A program made the translations under genes and the position numbers. DNA of 64,000 nt from Amoebophrya sp. A120 (taxonomy: Eukaryota; Protista; Dinoflagellata). The stretch's first letter is position 1. Each line of letters begins with the position of its first letter. The stretch spans positions 5,349,038 to 5,413,037 of the forward strand of contig CAJINV010000005.1 of NCBI GenBank assembly GCA_905178155.1, written 5' to 3'. The notes beneath the pieces were generated by a model, which had not been told where the DNA came from, searched no databases, and was given only the letters and a program-made list of their open reading frames with translations. Positions 12,501 to 25,439 of the stretch are shown here, piece after piece.

Positions 12501-15500
12501 AAGACGAATTTGGAACAACTGACGCAGAAAGTGGAAAGGCAAAACAGAAACAGCAGCACTAGCACGGTGCTCAGGAAGAACAACAATGGGAGTGGCAAAA
12601 CGACCACTACACCAACACTAACACATCATCTTCATCGTCACCCAGCACAGGAGGAGAAGACAGTGGCAGGAATCTCCGCGCCGGAAAGCAGTTTACAACC
12701 AGGCAACGAGAACGACTTCGCCATCAAAGCCTCTCTCACCATTGCGAATCTTCAGCTGCTGTCTTTATCTACTTCTACTCCATCCGGGTCGAACGATGTT
12801 CTACCCCAGAGGACCAGCACCCTCCCCCCGATAATGACCACCACGACGAAAATAAACCGTTTCGCCCAGTTCTGGCCTCTCACCGAACGCTACAATCCCC
12901 AGATTTACATCGAGCTTTGCGGCCTAGCGCTGAGGGACGAGAGATTCTTTCAGCTGTTTCAGAACGCGAAATCGTTCGGGAAAGAAGTGGACATGAAGAT
13001 GATGATTGATGACAGGACCACAGGGACTAGGACTACTGGTACAGGAATGGGTGGTACAGGCACGATAGGACGAGGGGGTAAGAACCCAACAGCATTTCTT
13101 TCCCACACGGCCGGCGCACAACAAGGGGATGAGGAAATTGGCAACCCCTTGATCCTGCAATTGTTGCAAGAAGAACGCGGCGGTGGACATCAGCAACAGA
13201 AAATTATGTCCCCCTCTTCCTCCGCTTCAGGAAACATCAAAAAGATGAACATTTTCGAGAAACTAAACTTCCCTCCCAACCCGCGACAGCAGCATTTCGA
13301 CACTTTGCGCAAAAACCGGCGGCACGCGCTGCGACGGAAGAAGGGACTGCCTTCGGAGACTCCGCCGTCGCACAGCTTGACCGGATCGGACGTAGACGTG
13401 GAAGATTTCCTGAAAGAACAGGAGAACCTGTCCAAGTACCTCGCCGACGCGATTGCCAGTAGCAGCAGCGGGGAAGAATTTTTGTCCGGGGAGTCCGGGA
13501 TCCCGAGCTGGGTGGAGATGACACCTAGGATCGTGCCGAAAAGAAGTTCTTCCTCGAGTTCCTCAGAGCAGGGGTCTGAAGATTTAGATCCAATCACGTC
13601 GCGCAAAAAGAACAGCATCAAAACGCTGACCGAAATCACAGATTTTCAGTTCAAACTGGCGAACCAGTTGATGCTATTCGACAGCAATTTGACCCTCCTC
13701 GCGTTAGACCTGCTCCAATACGGACTGAACCGCGACTCGCTTTTCCGAATTGCGCGCCGCTTCGGAATGAAAAAGCTCGCCGTGAAGGTGTTACAGCCGA
13801 AAACGGCAAGGGAGGCGGAATACTGCTTGGAAACGGTTCTGGCGGTGGGGGAGGAGGAGGAAAAAAATAAATTAGAACGAGTGGAGGAAATTCTAGAGTT
13901 GTGCCAACACTTGTACCCCTTCCTGCTTCATCCGACGAATACGGCGCTGGCGGATGTGCACAGGAGTGGCAGCGCGAGCGCGCTGGTTGGAGGTGATAAA
14001 ACCGAAACGAATGTTGAACAACTACATCAAAATCAAAACGACATCGATGAAGATTTTATCAAGTACGGCGCTCCAGACCGCAACACTTCCACCGGGTTGC
14101 TCGGTTCGAGTCCTCAAAAAGACGTCCGTGAATCGAGGAAACTCCAGGAAAAACACCCGGTGAGTAAAGCACAGAACCTGGTCCTAGACCATTCCAAAGG
14201 CCCGCTGCACGTGCGGACGCAGATTTTAGAGAAAGAACAGGAACTGTTGAAAATGTACGGACGGCGAGTACCGGTCGGCATGGAGCTTGATAAATACGAC
14301 CAGCAACAGCAGGCGTTTGGTGCGATGAAAGGAGATGGGACAAGACATCAGCGCGGCCCTCTACGACCTGCTCGTGCACCAGATGAACATCATCAAGCTG
14401 GCTCTTCAGCAGCTTCAACATCTTCCTCCGCCGACTCTTCCTACCAATCGACCCACATCGCGACTTCCACCGGGTTCGGAAAGCTGCTATCTCTAATCAT
14501 CGCGACCTACGGAGCCGGTACGAAGATCAAGCACACAACCTCTTACACGGCAGGCACACTGTGGGCAAACCGCCCGAACAAGACTGATTTTAAGTGCGCG
14601 AAACTGGTGTTGCAAGGGTGCTTGCAGTATTCCAAGCAGGTGTTTGAGCACAGCTGGACGGAGGAAGTAAAGATCGCGTGGGAGGCGTACGAGGAAGCCG
14701 TGACGTTTCTGATCCTCATTGCGGATGCCGCGGAGATTCGGAAAGAAATATTTGAGCTGGAACTTCTCATGCTGGAAATACTAGCGACGCAACTCCAGTA
14801 CGATGCGGCAAAAAGGTGCTACGATAATACGCTGTTGCTGGAGAAGATGGTGACGGTTCAACGTCAGTATGCAAAAACAAAGAACTCTTTCACCTCGTCC
14901 CCAGACGCGACGAATCCGACGACCGAACTGCACCGACAAATGAAGCACGAACTAGCGAAGCTGCTTTTCCTGTGTGACGCGCAGCCGCGGTATCCACAGA
15001 AAAAAAACCCATCCACATCCATTTTTTGCATGACAAACACAGGACTTTATGTATGCTTTGCATGACAAATTGGATGTGGATGGGTGCTTTTTCCTGGATA
15101 CGCGGACTCTGTTAGACGCGGAGTGGCTGGAGGAAAAGGTGACGCCGTTTGTGAAATTGCCGACTTTATCGAAAGGAAAAATCCCCCCTCCCCATACAGA
15201 AGCGGAAACTTGTGATGCTGTATTTGAGTACACATATCGAAATCGTAATCGACTTGTATTGCTAAAAGGCCTAGAGACGCAGTTGCGGCCTTAGATGCAG
15301 GGAGGCGATTCGTCATGCTGTTTCCCATTGTCTCCTGTCATGCTGAAGATGCAAGACTTTCCTACGCCACCCAGCACTACAGTCAGCTTCTTCGCATTCT
15401 AGCATGACAACACTCATGATTTGTGCGGCCACAAAGCACGCGTACACAAATCTTCGGCCCAGTATGGGGAGGTGGGGGGATTTCTCATTGTGATAAACTT

Positions 15501-18500
15501 TCAACCTGGACCGCCTGCCGCCCATCTTAACGAACCGCATTCTCGACCTCGGCGGCATACCGCTGGAACTGCGGAGAGGGAAGGACGCGCTGGCGATGCT
15601 AGATCAACTGCCCATGGAGCAGTATTTGCAGTATCAAATGTAAAAATGTTTGGGTCTCCTGGAAGATTGCCAGGTTTGTCATGCATATTTTGCATAACTA
15701 CCCATGATCCCTGTAATGCATGACCTGGCGTCTGCGTCACAGATTTTTGAAGGGCCTTCTGATGCGTATAATTCCGCATGAGAATTAGAAACGGCCACTC
15801 AGCGCAGCACAAACTGCACTCCTCTTGCTGGTCATGCAATACAGATCTTTTTGTTTTTTACCTTCCAAAGACAGCATCATAAGAATAAGTTGCAACCTTC
15901 CAGACCCAGACATTTTTGCATTTGATATCCAGATCGCTTTCACGATTGTGAAAAACAGCTTTGACTACGAAAAGTGCAAGGAAAACATCGGCACGTATTA
16001 CGATCGGCGGCAGCTAGAGCGACCGAAGGAGGCGCTGTTCGAGCTGTTCTTGAAGGGCTGCTATGGGGGGAAAAAGAAAAGGAAAACAGAAGGAACCACG
16101 CAAGTAGAACCATCTTCAGCTAATGGGAAGAACAAGAACAGTAAATCTAAATCCTCGTCCTCCTCCTCCAGAAGAACAAACGAAAAAGAGAACAATAAAA
16201 ACGAGCAAACGGAGCAGGACCTCATTTTCGAACTCAACGATCTCTTTCGTATGCTGGAATACCCGTTAAAAGCGCAACTGACCAAACTGACGACGGGGTA
16301 CTACCAGGCACTCGCGATTTTGGAAGTGAATCCGTTTCCCTCCGAGTCAACCTGTTTCGAGGACGCCCGCGAACTACAGGGAAAGTTGGAATTGATCACG
16401 AGCAAGCCTATCGTTGAATCCGACCCGAGGGCGCTGGAGTTGCTGTTCATTCTGTGCAGCCGAGAGGGGCGGATTTTCGACTTCAAACTGCTCTTTTGGG
16501 AACTGTACTACAAGAGGAAGATGATTGAAGTAAAAGCTGAGGACGGTGATATTAATTTTAATGCGGAGCAGCATGACAAAGACAAAGAACTTCTCGCCGC
16601 AGTCGCAGAAGGAGGAGGTGAAGATGACCTCGTGGAGAAAAGCATTCAACTCAGCGAACTCCAGGACGCGCATCATGTCGGAGATGTATCAAAAAATCAT
16701 CCGGGACAGCAGGACGACGACGATCACGAGCCGCTAGAGGCCAAGTTGCTGTGCAATAAAAACAACAAATCGGACGGCGATAGTACAACACATGAAAGCG
16801 GTCAGCAGTCAGGCGACCAAACAAGGAAGGGTAAAAACCTTTCCTCCGCGAGTTCTTTTGACGAGGATGGTACTGAAAACGCTTCAAGCTCTACCTCGAC
16901 CACCAGGAGAAATGCTCGCGAAAATGATAAATCAGAGCAAGAGATCGGGCGCGAGCGCGTGAACAAAAAGCCGGCGTCTTTCTGGCTGAAGACGCCACTG
17001 CAGTACGGTTTGCAGTTATCCAGGAAAAAAACTGTGTGAGTCGTGTAACTGTGTAGGAAGAGCAGCATCACAAATTCGCTTTGCATTAGAGGGAAAACCT
17101 GTCATGCGCAGCTAGTGCGTGGAAATACGTATGGAAGTAGCCTATGACGCAGATCTAGCATGACAAGTGTAACAGTTTGGCACTTTCTGCATCACAGATT
17201 TACACTCACACAGTTTTTTTCTTGTATAGCAGTGTGTCCAGAACTTTCTGAAGCTCGCGGAGCAGCAGAACTTGTATCTGTTGAAGAATCCGCCGTCTTC
17301 TCCAGCTTTGGATCGCAGCTATGCAAGAAAAAAACTGTGTAAGTGTAAGTCTGTGATGCAAAAAATGCAAAACAGTATACACTTGTCATGCCAGACACCC
17401 ATGATCTCCTCTTTTCATGTGTGTTTTCACATTCACGTACTAGCTTTGCATGACAAGCTTTCTCTGTCATGCAGAGCAAATTTGTAATGCTGGCACTACA
17501 AGATGAGACCTACACTATTAACACAGTTTTTTTCTTGGATAGCAGCCTCAGTCCAACTACAACTCCGTCGAAAAAACTGGACTTGTCGAAAACTAAGCGA
17601 GGGGGTACCACTGCAACTAACACCGATCATCCGAATGCATCTACTCCTGCAAGCCCGACCGGTAGCACGACTAGCAAGGCAAGCTCCGCCACGAAAAGTG
17701 CTACGGGATCGTCAAAAAGCGGAAATAAGAGCAAGGCAGCGACGTCAGCAAAGGCGGCGAAAGCGAAACCAAAAGCGAAAACGGGAGCGAAAATAAACCA
17801 GAGTAGCAAGAATGCGGCGAGTGCGACGAGCACTGTTGCAGTTACCGGCACCGCGTCGACGTTTTTGGTTTTGAGCAAAAACGCGGCTGGGGCGGTGAAA
17901 AAATTGAAAAACAACGTGGGGATTACCACAAAAACGGAGAAGATCTACCATGCGGAGGTTGTGGAAAGTGGTAGTGGAATTGGTAGTTCTAGTACAACGG
18001 GGACACGTGGTCAACAAGAACAACTTTTTCGCGACCAGTTTGTTAAGCCGTTAACGAAAATTCAGAAGACCCGGATTCTGTACAGCGAGTCCTCTATATC
18101 ACAGGAAAAGCGTATAACGTTAACGGTTTTCACAGATTGCAGTCATGCGTCACAAATGTAGCCCACTATGCATGCTAGGCATGACAAATTCTGACACGTC
18201 TTGCGATACATTTCTACATCACAAATTCCGTTAACGTTAAACACTTTTATTTTCGTGTGATACTCTATCGAGGAAAATCGTCTTGTTGCCCGAGACTTCC
18301 TGCGGTTTCTGTTCGCATACCAGGCCTTTGAAACAGCAAGTCCGGAGGCGGGAGATCCAGATCATGAAGTTGTTGATCAAGACGGCACGCAGGAGGGTCT
18401 GAACAAGGAACAGACAGACGCTAAAAAGAAGCCCACGACCGCGACTCCGCTTGTGGACATGTCGGCGCTGCAGAACGCGACGGAGAGCCAGGAGCTGACG

Positions 18501-18596
18501 CAGTTGCAGATTTCCAACATGCAGGCCCGGTTACACGAGAGACAGCAGTATTTGATGGACCTGTATTCGTCGGAAAACAAAAATTTGCTTTCGTAG
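9513..18596 (+). CDS. Very large hypothetical protein (helical blocks plus S/T-rich linkers); 12 exons
   Basis: ATG at 9513; removing 11 elements links ORFs 10227, 10995, 11847, 15825 and 17469 into one frame ending at TAG 18594-18596; no family recognised. Confidence 0.75.
9545..9753. mobile_element. TIR intron element F4
   Basis: DR ccgga/ccgga. Confidence 0.9.
9836..10100. mobile_element. TIR intron element F3
   Basis: DR ctaca/ctaca. Confidence 0.9.
10174..10323. mobile_element. TIR intron element F2
   Basis: DR cggaa/cggaa; reverse complement matches 4948. Confidence 0.9.
10828..10936. mobile_element. TIR intron element F5
   Basis: DR gacga/gacca. Confidence 0.85.
11709..11973. mobile_element. 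TIR intron element F3
   Basis: DR ctaca/ctaca. Confidence 0.9.
14991..15100. mobile_element. TIR intron element F5
   Basis: DR cgcgg/cgcgg. Confidence 0.9.
15167..15495. mobile_element. TIR intron element (singleton)
   Basis: aaatccccctccccatac / gtatggggaggtgggggattt TIR; DR gactt/aactt. Confidence 0.8.
15632..15927. mobile_element. TIR intron element F3
   Basis: DR tgcag/tccag. Confidence 0.85.
17017..17228. mobile_element. TIR intron element F4
   Basis: DR gcagt/gcagt. Confidence 0.9.
17320..17541. mobile_element. TIR intron element F4 (inverted relative to 17017)
   Basis: DR gcagc/gcagc. Confidence 0.9.
18097..18262. mobile_element. TIR intron element F7
   Basis: DR ctcta/ctcta. Confidence 0.9.
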
Positions 18597-19479
18597 AAGA
18601 TGGTAAACGGAAAATAAATAAGGACAACTAGTACATCAACTTGATGGCTTCTACTTTGTCTTGTTGCTAGAGCACGAGTGCTACTGTCCTCAACAGGAAT
18701 GAATTACTTGAGGCACCAGCAGATGATTCAAAAAGAAAAATTGAAGCAGATGCATCAAGAGCCCCTGCGCTCTTGGAGTTGCTTCTGCTGGTAGTTCCTC
18801 GCTGGTCGAAAATGACTCGGTATTGCGTTTTTTGTTTTTCCTGAGATTGATCGTGACAATGCGAGTGAAGTTGAACAAGACGACTCGGGAAGACTTCGTT
18901 GATAGATGTGATGGTAGAAGATTTCTTCGTGGATCATGTTGACCTCAGTTCGAGCGATTTTCGTTCAGTATTGGTGTCGCTTTTTCTCAAAGGAACAACC
19001 CGAGAGGAAACAAAAAGGAAACCGAGGGAAAAAAGGGCAACGAAAAAAGATACATCGAGAGATTGCGATTACATCTATTTTGTTCACTTTAGACTTGCTG
19101 TATAGTCCACTCTGTGGTCGTGTGCAAAAGTGTAGTTGTTGAAAATGGTATCGTCGTCGTCACAAAGGAGCCGCGAACAACAGAATAAAGGAAGCTTTCG
19201 AGTGTGATCTTAGAAAAAAATTACAGCACAAAAAGCCGTGGCTGTCTTTCCCAAAAACGCAAACAAAAACTCATAACCCTAAACCCGAAAACTGTTTGCG
19301 CCATAGATATCATAAGCGTGTAGTTCTTCCGGAAAAAATCTACGAAGCCGAAATTCAAATTGGAGTACAAAATACAAAAAAATTACGAGGTAACTACATA
19401 CCTCTTGTTCGTCTGTGTACTTGATATTGTAGCATTAGTAGAAACAGTCCTTGCTTTGCAAAATAAAAAAAAATCTATC

Positions 19480-22400
19480 ATGGGCGCCGGAGACGAAACC
19501 CCCATGGAGCAGCAACAGCTGCAGGCAGAGGATGCTCTGATTGATGCGGGACAGGACGCCGAAGCGGAAAACCAGCTATGCTCGTATGTGAAAATTATGA
19601 ATTGCAAAAGTATCGTATGTTGCTTAGTAGTGCAATACAAATTAGCTCAGCATGACACATGAAATTTGTCATGCTGATTCATTTACTTTGAGGAGCAGGA
19701 GACTTGTCATGCATACTTGCGATTACAAGGAATACGACACTTTTGCAAATGATAAAGATCGAGAGGCTGTGTGAATCGGGCGTCAATGTGGCGGATATCG
19801 CGAAGCTGAAACAGGCCTATCCACAGTAAATTTCCTGTACACGTACCAATGCGGTTTCTGCATGACAAAGCTTGCCTTCGATCCTAGTTAGCATGACAAG
19901 TGGCATGCTCTAAGTTGGGAAAATTTGTGATGCATTTTATACGTGTGCGGGAAATTTCCTGTGGATAAGGCCGGTTTCTGCACCACTAACTCGATTGTCT
20001 CCGTAATGCGCGTATGCACTGCATCAAAGGCCGCTGTGTCGCGCTGGTTGTACAAACTGCATGTATCAAAAGCAAGAACTAGATTTGTCATTCTGAATCT
20101 GATTCAAGTAAGGATAAGAATAAGAAAGTAGATTTCATCATTGTAAAAATCCCATACGTCAACAAGAACTGGTACGCGAACACGATACAGCAGCTTTTGC
20201 AGAGGATAGCACAAGGACTTGGTTGCGGTCAAGGGATTAGGCGAGGCGAAAGTGGACAAAATCATCGAAGCGGCCTACAAAACGATGGTATAATACGTAC
20301 GAATGATGAATGATCGTTTTACTTTTTAGGAATGCAAATTCATGCCGTTTTCGGATGACAGAGCCAGAAGTTGAAGTTCCACGCATGATATTCGCATGAT
20401 GATGCTGTTTTGCATCAGAGATTGTTACGCTTCAACATCAACATCAATATCGTGTCGATACCGCAATGAATCATGAATATGAAAAAACATTGTACATATC
20501 AGGGTTCTCTCGTCCTCGCGCAGCAGGCCGGGCAGGGCGGCGGCAATAACGGTCCAGTGTCGCACTTTTTCCAAACGGCCGAGGAAGCGTTAGCGAAGCA
20601 CCAATCCACGCGGTTCTTCATCTCCACCGGCGCCAGCTCCCTGGACGAGGTGTTGCGGGGCGGCATCGAGTCGGGACAGATCACGGAACTGTACGGTGAA
20701 TTTCGCTGCGGAAAGATATCAAATGCAAATTGTATGTCTGGGTCTGGAAAAGTGTGAGTGTGATGCTCAACTTCTATGGATCATGATGAAAACGCTTCGA
20801 AAGCAGCCGAGCATGACAAGTCTGCATAACGATAACCGTTTGTCTTCATACGCAGTGTACATGAACAGAATCTGCCTTCTTGTATGACAAGCATGACTGC
20901 GAGGACTTTATTTGTTGGTCATATTACAATTCAATGCAGATTTTCAAGGATGGGAATGTAAGGCCAGCACTAGTACAAGTTGTTAACTTTCCAGCCCCAC
21001 ACGTATTTGCACTGGATAAAAGACGCAACTGTGCCACACCTTGGCGGTCCAGGGGCAGCTGCACGAACAGTTTCCTATCCCACAGAAAAAAGCCGGCCGG
21101 CCATGTTTGTAATGCAAAAATAAATACACAAAAAAATCTTGCATATCCTTAATAGCATGCTACGGGGCCGCCCATGACAGGTTTTTCTGTGTATTCATTT
21201 TTGCATTACAAATGTGACCTGCCTGCTTTTATTTTTCTCTGGGATATTTCCGGGCCGTTGCCTGTACATCGACACCGAAGGAACCTTATGCATCGCAAAT
21301 AAAGCATCGTACTCGTTGTATAAATGCATTACAAATTTCCTCAGCATGAAAAACGAAACTTCTAATGCGGACTCCCCTTAACGCCTAGATTTGTAATGCA
21401 TAGCTGCAATTAGTACGAGTACGATACTTTTGCACAGGATAAACCTTTCGCCCCGACCGAATCCAGGAGATTTGCCAGGCACTCACCGTTATGCATTGCA
21501 AAAGTCTCGTGGTACTCGTACTATTTGTGGTATACGCAGAAACAAATCTTCTTCTTGAGGTAAAACAGCATGACAAATTCCATTGGTCATGCTGAGCGAA
21601 TTTCTATTGCAATAATCACTTGGTACGGTACTTTTGCAATGCATAACCGTAGACAGCGACGAGATTATGGCGAACATTATTACCGGTACAACTAGTCATT
21701 CCACAACTGCTAGTGTATGTAATGGCGCAAACGCATGACAAATCTAGTTTTTATAGGTAAAGCAGCACTACAAATTTGAATTTCTCCTTCATGAATTTGT
21801 AATGCAATTTTGTGCATCGAATTGGACTTGGCAAAAAATATCAACCACAGCCCGCGCCATGACGTCCGAGCACCTGAACCAGCTGCTGAAAGAGGCCTGC
21901 TCCATATGATTGTGCACAACCCCTCCTTCCCCCCCATTTGCAATGCGAATTCCGTGTTTGCACAATTACAGATACCAGTCTACAATAAAACAGCTGCACT
22001 ACATTCGGGGCGTCGTGAACTTGTCATGCACAGGCTCCCGATGTGTTGGTGTTTCTGATGCTGTTCGTGGACCATGAAAATAAGCTGGAGGGGCAGTTGT
22101 GCACTCTGATATTTCATGATGGTGGACGAGTCTTCCGGCCAGTTTGCGATCGTGATCATTGACTCCATATCAAATGCAAAAATGTCTGGGTCTGGAAGAA
22201 TTGGAACTTGTGATGCAAACTCTGGCACACGCAAAAACTTGTGTTGCGTGAGCGCCAAAAGCTGCCCACTTCTTGGTCCGCAAGTAGGAAGTTTCTCATG
22301 CGGGACAGGCATCATGAGGCGTGCTCAAAACCTGTGATGCTTTTGCCTGCATCAGACGCCATTTGCGTGATCCGAAATATGCATGACAAATCTCGTAATC

Positions 22401-23674
22401 TTCCAGACCCAGACATTTTTACATTTGATACTCCATCATGGGCCTGATGCGGCAGGACTTCACGGGTCGCGGGGAGTTGTCGGAACGGCAGCAGTATCCA
22501 TTGCAAAAGTATCTTCGTACTACTACAAACTGCATGACAAATCTTACCAGAAGGTGGACAAATGACATCTTGTAATGCTGAATTAGCTAAGAAACAGAAA
22601 CAGTAAACCAGATCTGTGTCTGTCATGCTGTACTCCAATGCGTACGAGTGCGACAATTTTTGCAGTGGATAAGCAGCTGCTGGGTAAAACGCTGAACAAA
22701 CTGTCCAAGATTGCCCACGAGTTTAACGTCGCAGTTATCCTATGTAAAAACGCCCCCTTTTGGCTGGTGCGCATGACAGATTTGGCCTCGTAAAAATGTA
22801 GTCGCGTCTAGCTAGTACTGCAGCAGCATCACAGATCCAGTTTGTCATGCTGATTTGAGCATCACAAATCTCAAAACTTCACTAGAAAAAGCCTCTCATG
22901 CGTCTCCGCATGAGAAACATTTTAAGCATGCAGATTTGCATGACAGCGCTGAGGTGGGGATGATTTTACACAGGATAGCAGTGGTGCTGACCAACCAGGT
23001 GATGGCGGATCCGGGCGGCTATCAACTGCAAGGATGTCTGGGTCTGGAAGGATGCAAGGTTGTCAATGTCATGCTTGTCTGGCATGACAGAAAAACTTGT
23101 GATGCGCGTCCAACAAGAGACGACCCTTCTACTTGTCATGCGAAAACGCAGCTTGTCATGCGGAAAGCGCAGCACTATCATAGTGTTCTATCCGAGCACG
23201 TACTATTTCTCATGCTCTGCTGTGCATGACAGGTGGATATTGTCTGTTCACAACCCAGCATTACAAGTTTCCAGACCTCCCAGACATATTTGCACTGCAT
23301 AGCGGCGGTGTGGGTGCGACGTTTAACGCGCCGCCGAAGCCGATTGGGGGCCACGTCCTGGCGCACGCGTCTACGGTCCGGCTGTACTTCCGGAAGGGGA
23401 AAGGCGACGAGCGTGTCGTGAAAGTGATCGACTTATGCATTACAAAAGTATCGTGCTAGTGAAAATCGCATGACATCAAATCTTTTTGAAGAACAAAAAT
23501 AAATGCAATTTGCAATGCTGTTTGCGCTTCACACCAAAAACCTGTCATGCATCATGATTGTGATTGCTACGAGTGCGATACTTTTGCAAGTCATACGACT
23601 CGCCCAATCTACCGGAATCCGAGTGCACGATCCAGCTGTGGGCCGGCGGGGTGCGGAGTCCCGAGGGGATGTGA
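19480..23674 (+). CDS. DMC1: Meiotic recombinase DMC1 (RecA/RAD51 family); 16 exons
   Basis: Reconstructed motifs: [11 protein letters not shown], Walker A GEFRCGKT, YIDTEGTFRPDR, Walker [52 protein letters not shown] and ADPG are DMC1-type rather than RAD51-type. Confidence 0.88.
19596..19754. mobile_element. TIR intron element F2
   Basis: DR aaaat/aagat; joins YVKI-ERL. Confidence 0.85.
19818..19967. mobile_element. TIR intron element F6
   Basis: DR aggcc/aggcc; joins LKQA-GFCT. Confidence 0.9.
20013..20208. mobile_element. Degenerate TIR intron element (F2-like)
   Basis: tatgcactgca / ttttgcagaggata; DR gcgcg/gcaca; joins [10 protein letters not shown]. Confidence 0.7.
20288..20502 (+). 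other. GT-AG intron retaining G-TAT...ATA-NNAG geometry
   Basis: gtata...catatcag; in-frame join KTM-GSL. Confidence 0.7.
20717..21018. mobile_element. TIR intron element F3 inside Walker A
   Basis: DR aaaga/aaaga; joins CGK-TQLCH. Confidence 0.92.
21076..21246. mobile_element. TIR intron element F8
   Basis: DR tttcc/tttcc. Confidence 0.9.
21287..21441. mobile_element. TIR intron element F2
   Basis: DR aacct/aacct; joins DTEGT-FRP. Confidence 0.92.
21490..21645. mobile_element. TIR intron element F2
   Basis: DR accgt/accgt. Confidence 0.9.
21686..21850 (+). other. GT-AG intron with F2-like interior (element relic)
   Basis: gtac...cacag; contains gcatgacaaatctagtt and tttgtaatgcaattt; joins IIT-ARAM. 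Confidence 0.75.
21905..22111. mobile_element. TIR intron element F1
   Basis: DR ctcca/tttca. Confidence 0.8.
22168..22430. mobile_element. TIR intron element F3 next to Walker B
   Basis: DR ctcca/ctcca; joins IIDS-IMG. Confidence 0.92.
22495..22671. mobile_element. TIR intron element F2
   Basis: DR agcag/agcag. Confidence 0.9.
22736..22977. mobile_element. TIR intron element (singleton)
   Basis: tatcctatgtaaaa / ttttacacaggata; DR gcagt/gcagt; joins NVAV-VLTNQ. Confidence 0.9.
23020..23301. mobile_element. TIR intron element F3
   Basis: DR gcggc/gcggc. Confidence 0.9.
23434..23595. mobile_element. TIR intron element F2
   Basis: DR cgact/cgact; joins VID-SPNLPE. Confidence 0.92.
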
Positions 23675-25439
23675 GCAGGACTTCTACCTAGACATCAGAC
23701 GGGTGCTTTTTATTCTACAACTTCGGAATAACATTGTGTCGTACTACAAGAAGTCGGGGTGAACAAAAGGTGCTAAATTTTTGTGATTATTTTCAACGAG
23801 TAGGTAGGCGCGAGTACAATAGTTGAAAAAAGTATATAATGAATCACTGTCAACATCGGAAGGTTATTATACACTCCACAGCCACGAGATCTCGAGAATA
23901 AAGAATCGATTTACATTTGAGCAGCCGAGATTGAAAACTGCAGAGACAGATTTGAGAACTTTAGGTTACAACAAGTGGCGAAGCAAGCCTACAAATTTAT
24001 CAAAACTACTAGTATAAAAAACGCTTTAATGTCTTTCCAAAACGACGAGCTTCCCAGTGTCATCTTTATTCCAAAGAACACCCGTTGGGTTCTCGGTGGA
24101 CACGGGAGAACTACGGAGAACTTTTGACCAGTTTCATTTTGATACAAAAACAAAACGAATAAAACGCGTCGACTCAAGTACCAGAGACGAGGACGTCGTC
24201 AGAAAATTGATCGCTATTTTGGTTTTCTTCTGTTTCAGAACTTTTCAACTTCCGTTTCCATGTTTCTGTCGTTATTTTGTGCAATTTGCAACATGCACTC
24301 AACCCTAAGTAATATCCTATGGTGAGCTTTTCTTTTTGTTTGTTTCAGGAACTCTTTAGAAAAAATAAACCTTTTGTCCTTCGAATTCGTGGAAGTAGGA
24401 ATGTGGAAGATTCTTACGAAAACTTTTCGAACTGAATTTGACCATCGAAACCAGTTTTGCGCGGCTTGACGTTAGAATGTAAGTAGTTAGAAAAGTTCCA
24501 ATAAGAGTACTCAGCTCTCAGGTCGTTCGGAAAATTGCAGTAAAGAAAGGGCGGGAAGATGCTGAGGACGAGTAGCTATGTTAGCAGTGTGAAGACAGCG
24601 AATCACTGTTGAGCTGCTGCTCGCTTGTCTATGCAATGAATGACCCTGCTGCTGGTCGTTTTAGATTGTTTTTATCGCTCGTCCTCGCAAAACAGCGGAG
24701 AGGATGTCAACAGCTGTAGCAAGTCTGGTTGATTCTGGCTCATCGGAAGAAAACACCACTACGGTTCAATTTCTTCCCTCAAAAACCACTTGTGAACTCT
24801 TTTTGCAAATGAAAACAAGAAAACAGTGATTGGCTTCGAGTAGTAAACTCGTCGCAGCCGAACAACTACAGAGTGATGGGATGTCTGCATGGGGTGATAA
24901 AATTTTGTTGTCGCACCAGAAAATGCTCAATCTCTTTATTCCAGCTCATTGTTCAGATGCAAGTCCCCCGTCGTAGTGTGTCACTTACACAACAACGGTC
25001 GTCGGTTAGTTTCTTCTTCCAGCGTCTCGTCCTCAGCCTGCCCGGAGGTCGTGTGTCGCTCGGTACATTAATTATTAATCACCGACGACGAGAACAATTT
25101 GTTGATGAGAGAGACGGCTGCATTAACACTTGTTCTGGAAGCTGATGGTGAGCAGAGCAGACAGCCCTCTCATCTGGCAGCTGCTGCTGCAACATGATTC
25201 TACTGTTGCAAGAAGCTGAGCCGAGCGATAAGGTCTTGAATAAGTTGAAGAAGTAAATTTTTGGTCCGATGTTCAAGTTCATATAGTAGTTATCGAGCGG
25301 AAAGATCAAATCGTCACGATTGTTGCGCTTCTACCGGTGGATCAGACCGACGCTGTATTCCTTCAGAAGGCAGCACCAGCCGCGGAGACGTCCACGGGAG
25401 CTAAGACGGGGTCGTCGAGTGGTGCGCAAAGGAAAAAAA

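Noticed and set aside
11847-15065. Long ORF as the autonomous transposase for the elements
   Set aside because: No recognisable DDE, tyrosine recombinase or RT motifs; it is an internal exon of the 9513-18596 gene and is not enclosed by a matching TIR/DR pair
19274-19287. taaccctaaaccc telomere-like or telo-box motif upstream of DMC1
   Set aside because: Only about two degenerate units; compatible with chance
19596-23595. Repeat / short unique spacer alternation resembling a CRISPR array
   Set aside because: The repeats are long, heterogeneous TIR elements, the spacers are DMC1 exons, and no cas genes are present
19480-23674. Transposon-riddled pseudogene interpretation, or a RAD51 call
   Set aside because: No stops or frameshifts after precise removal; diagnostic residues are DMC1-type
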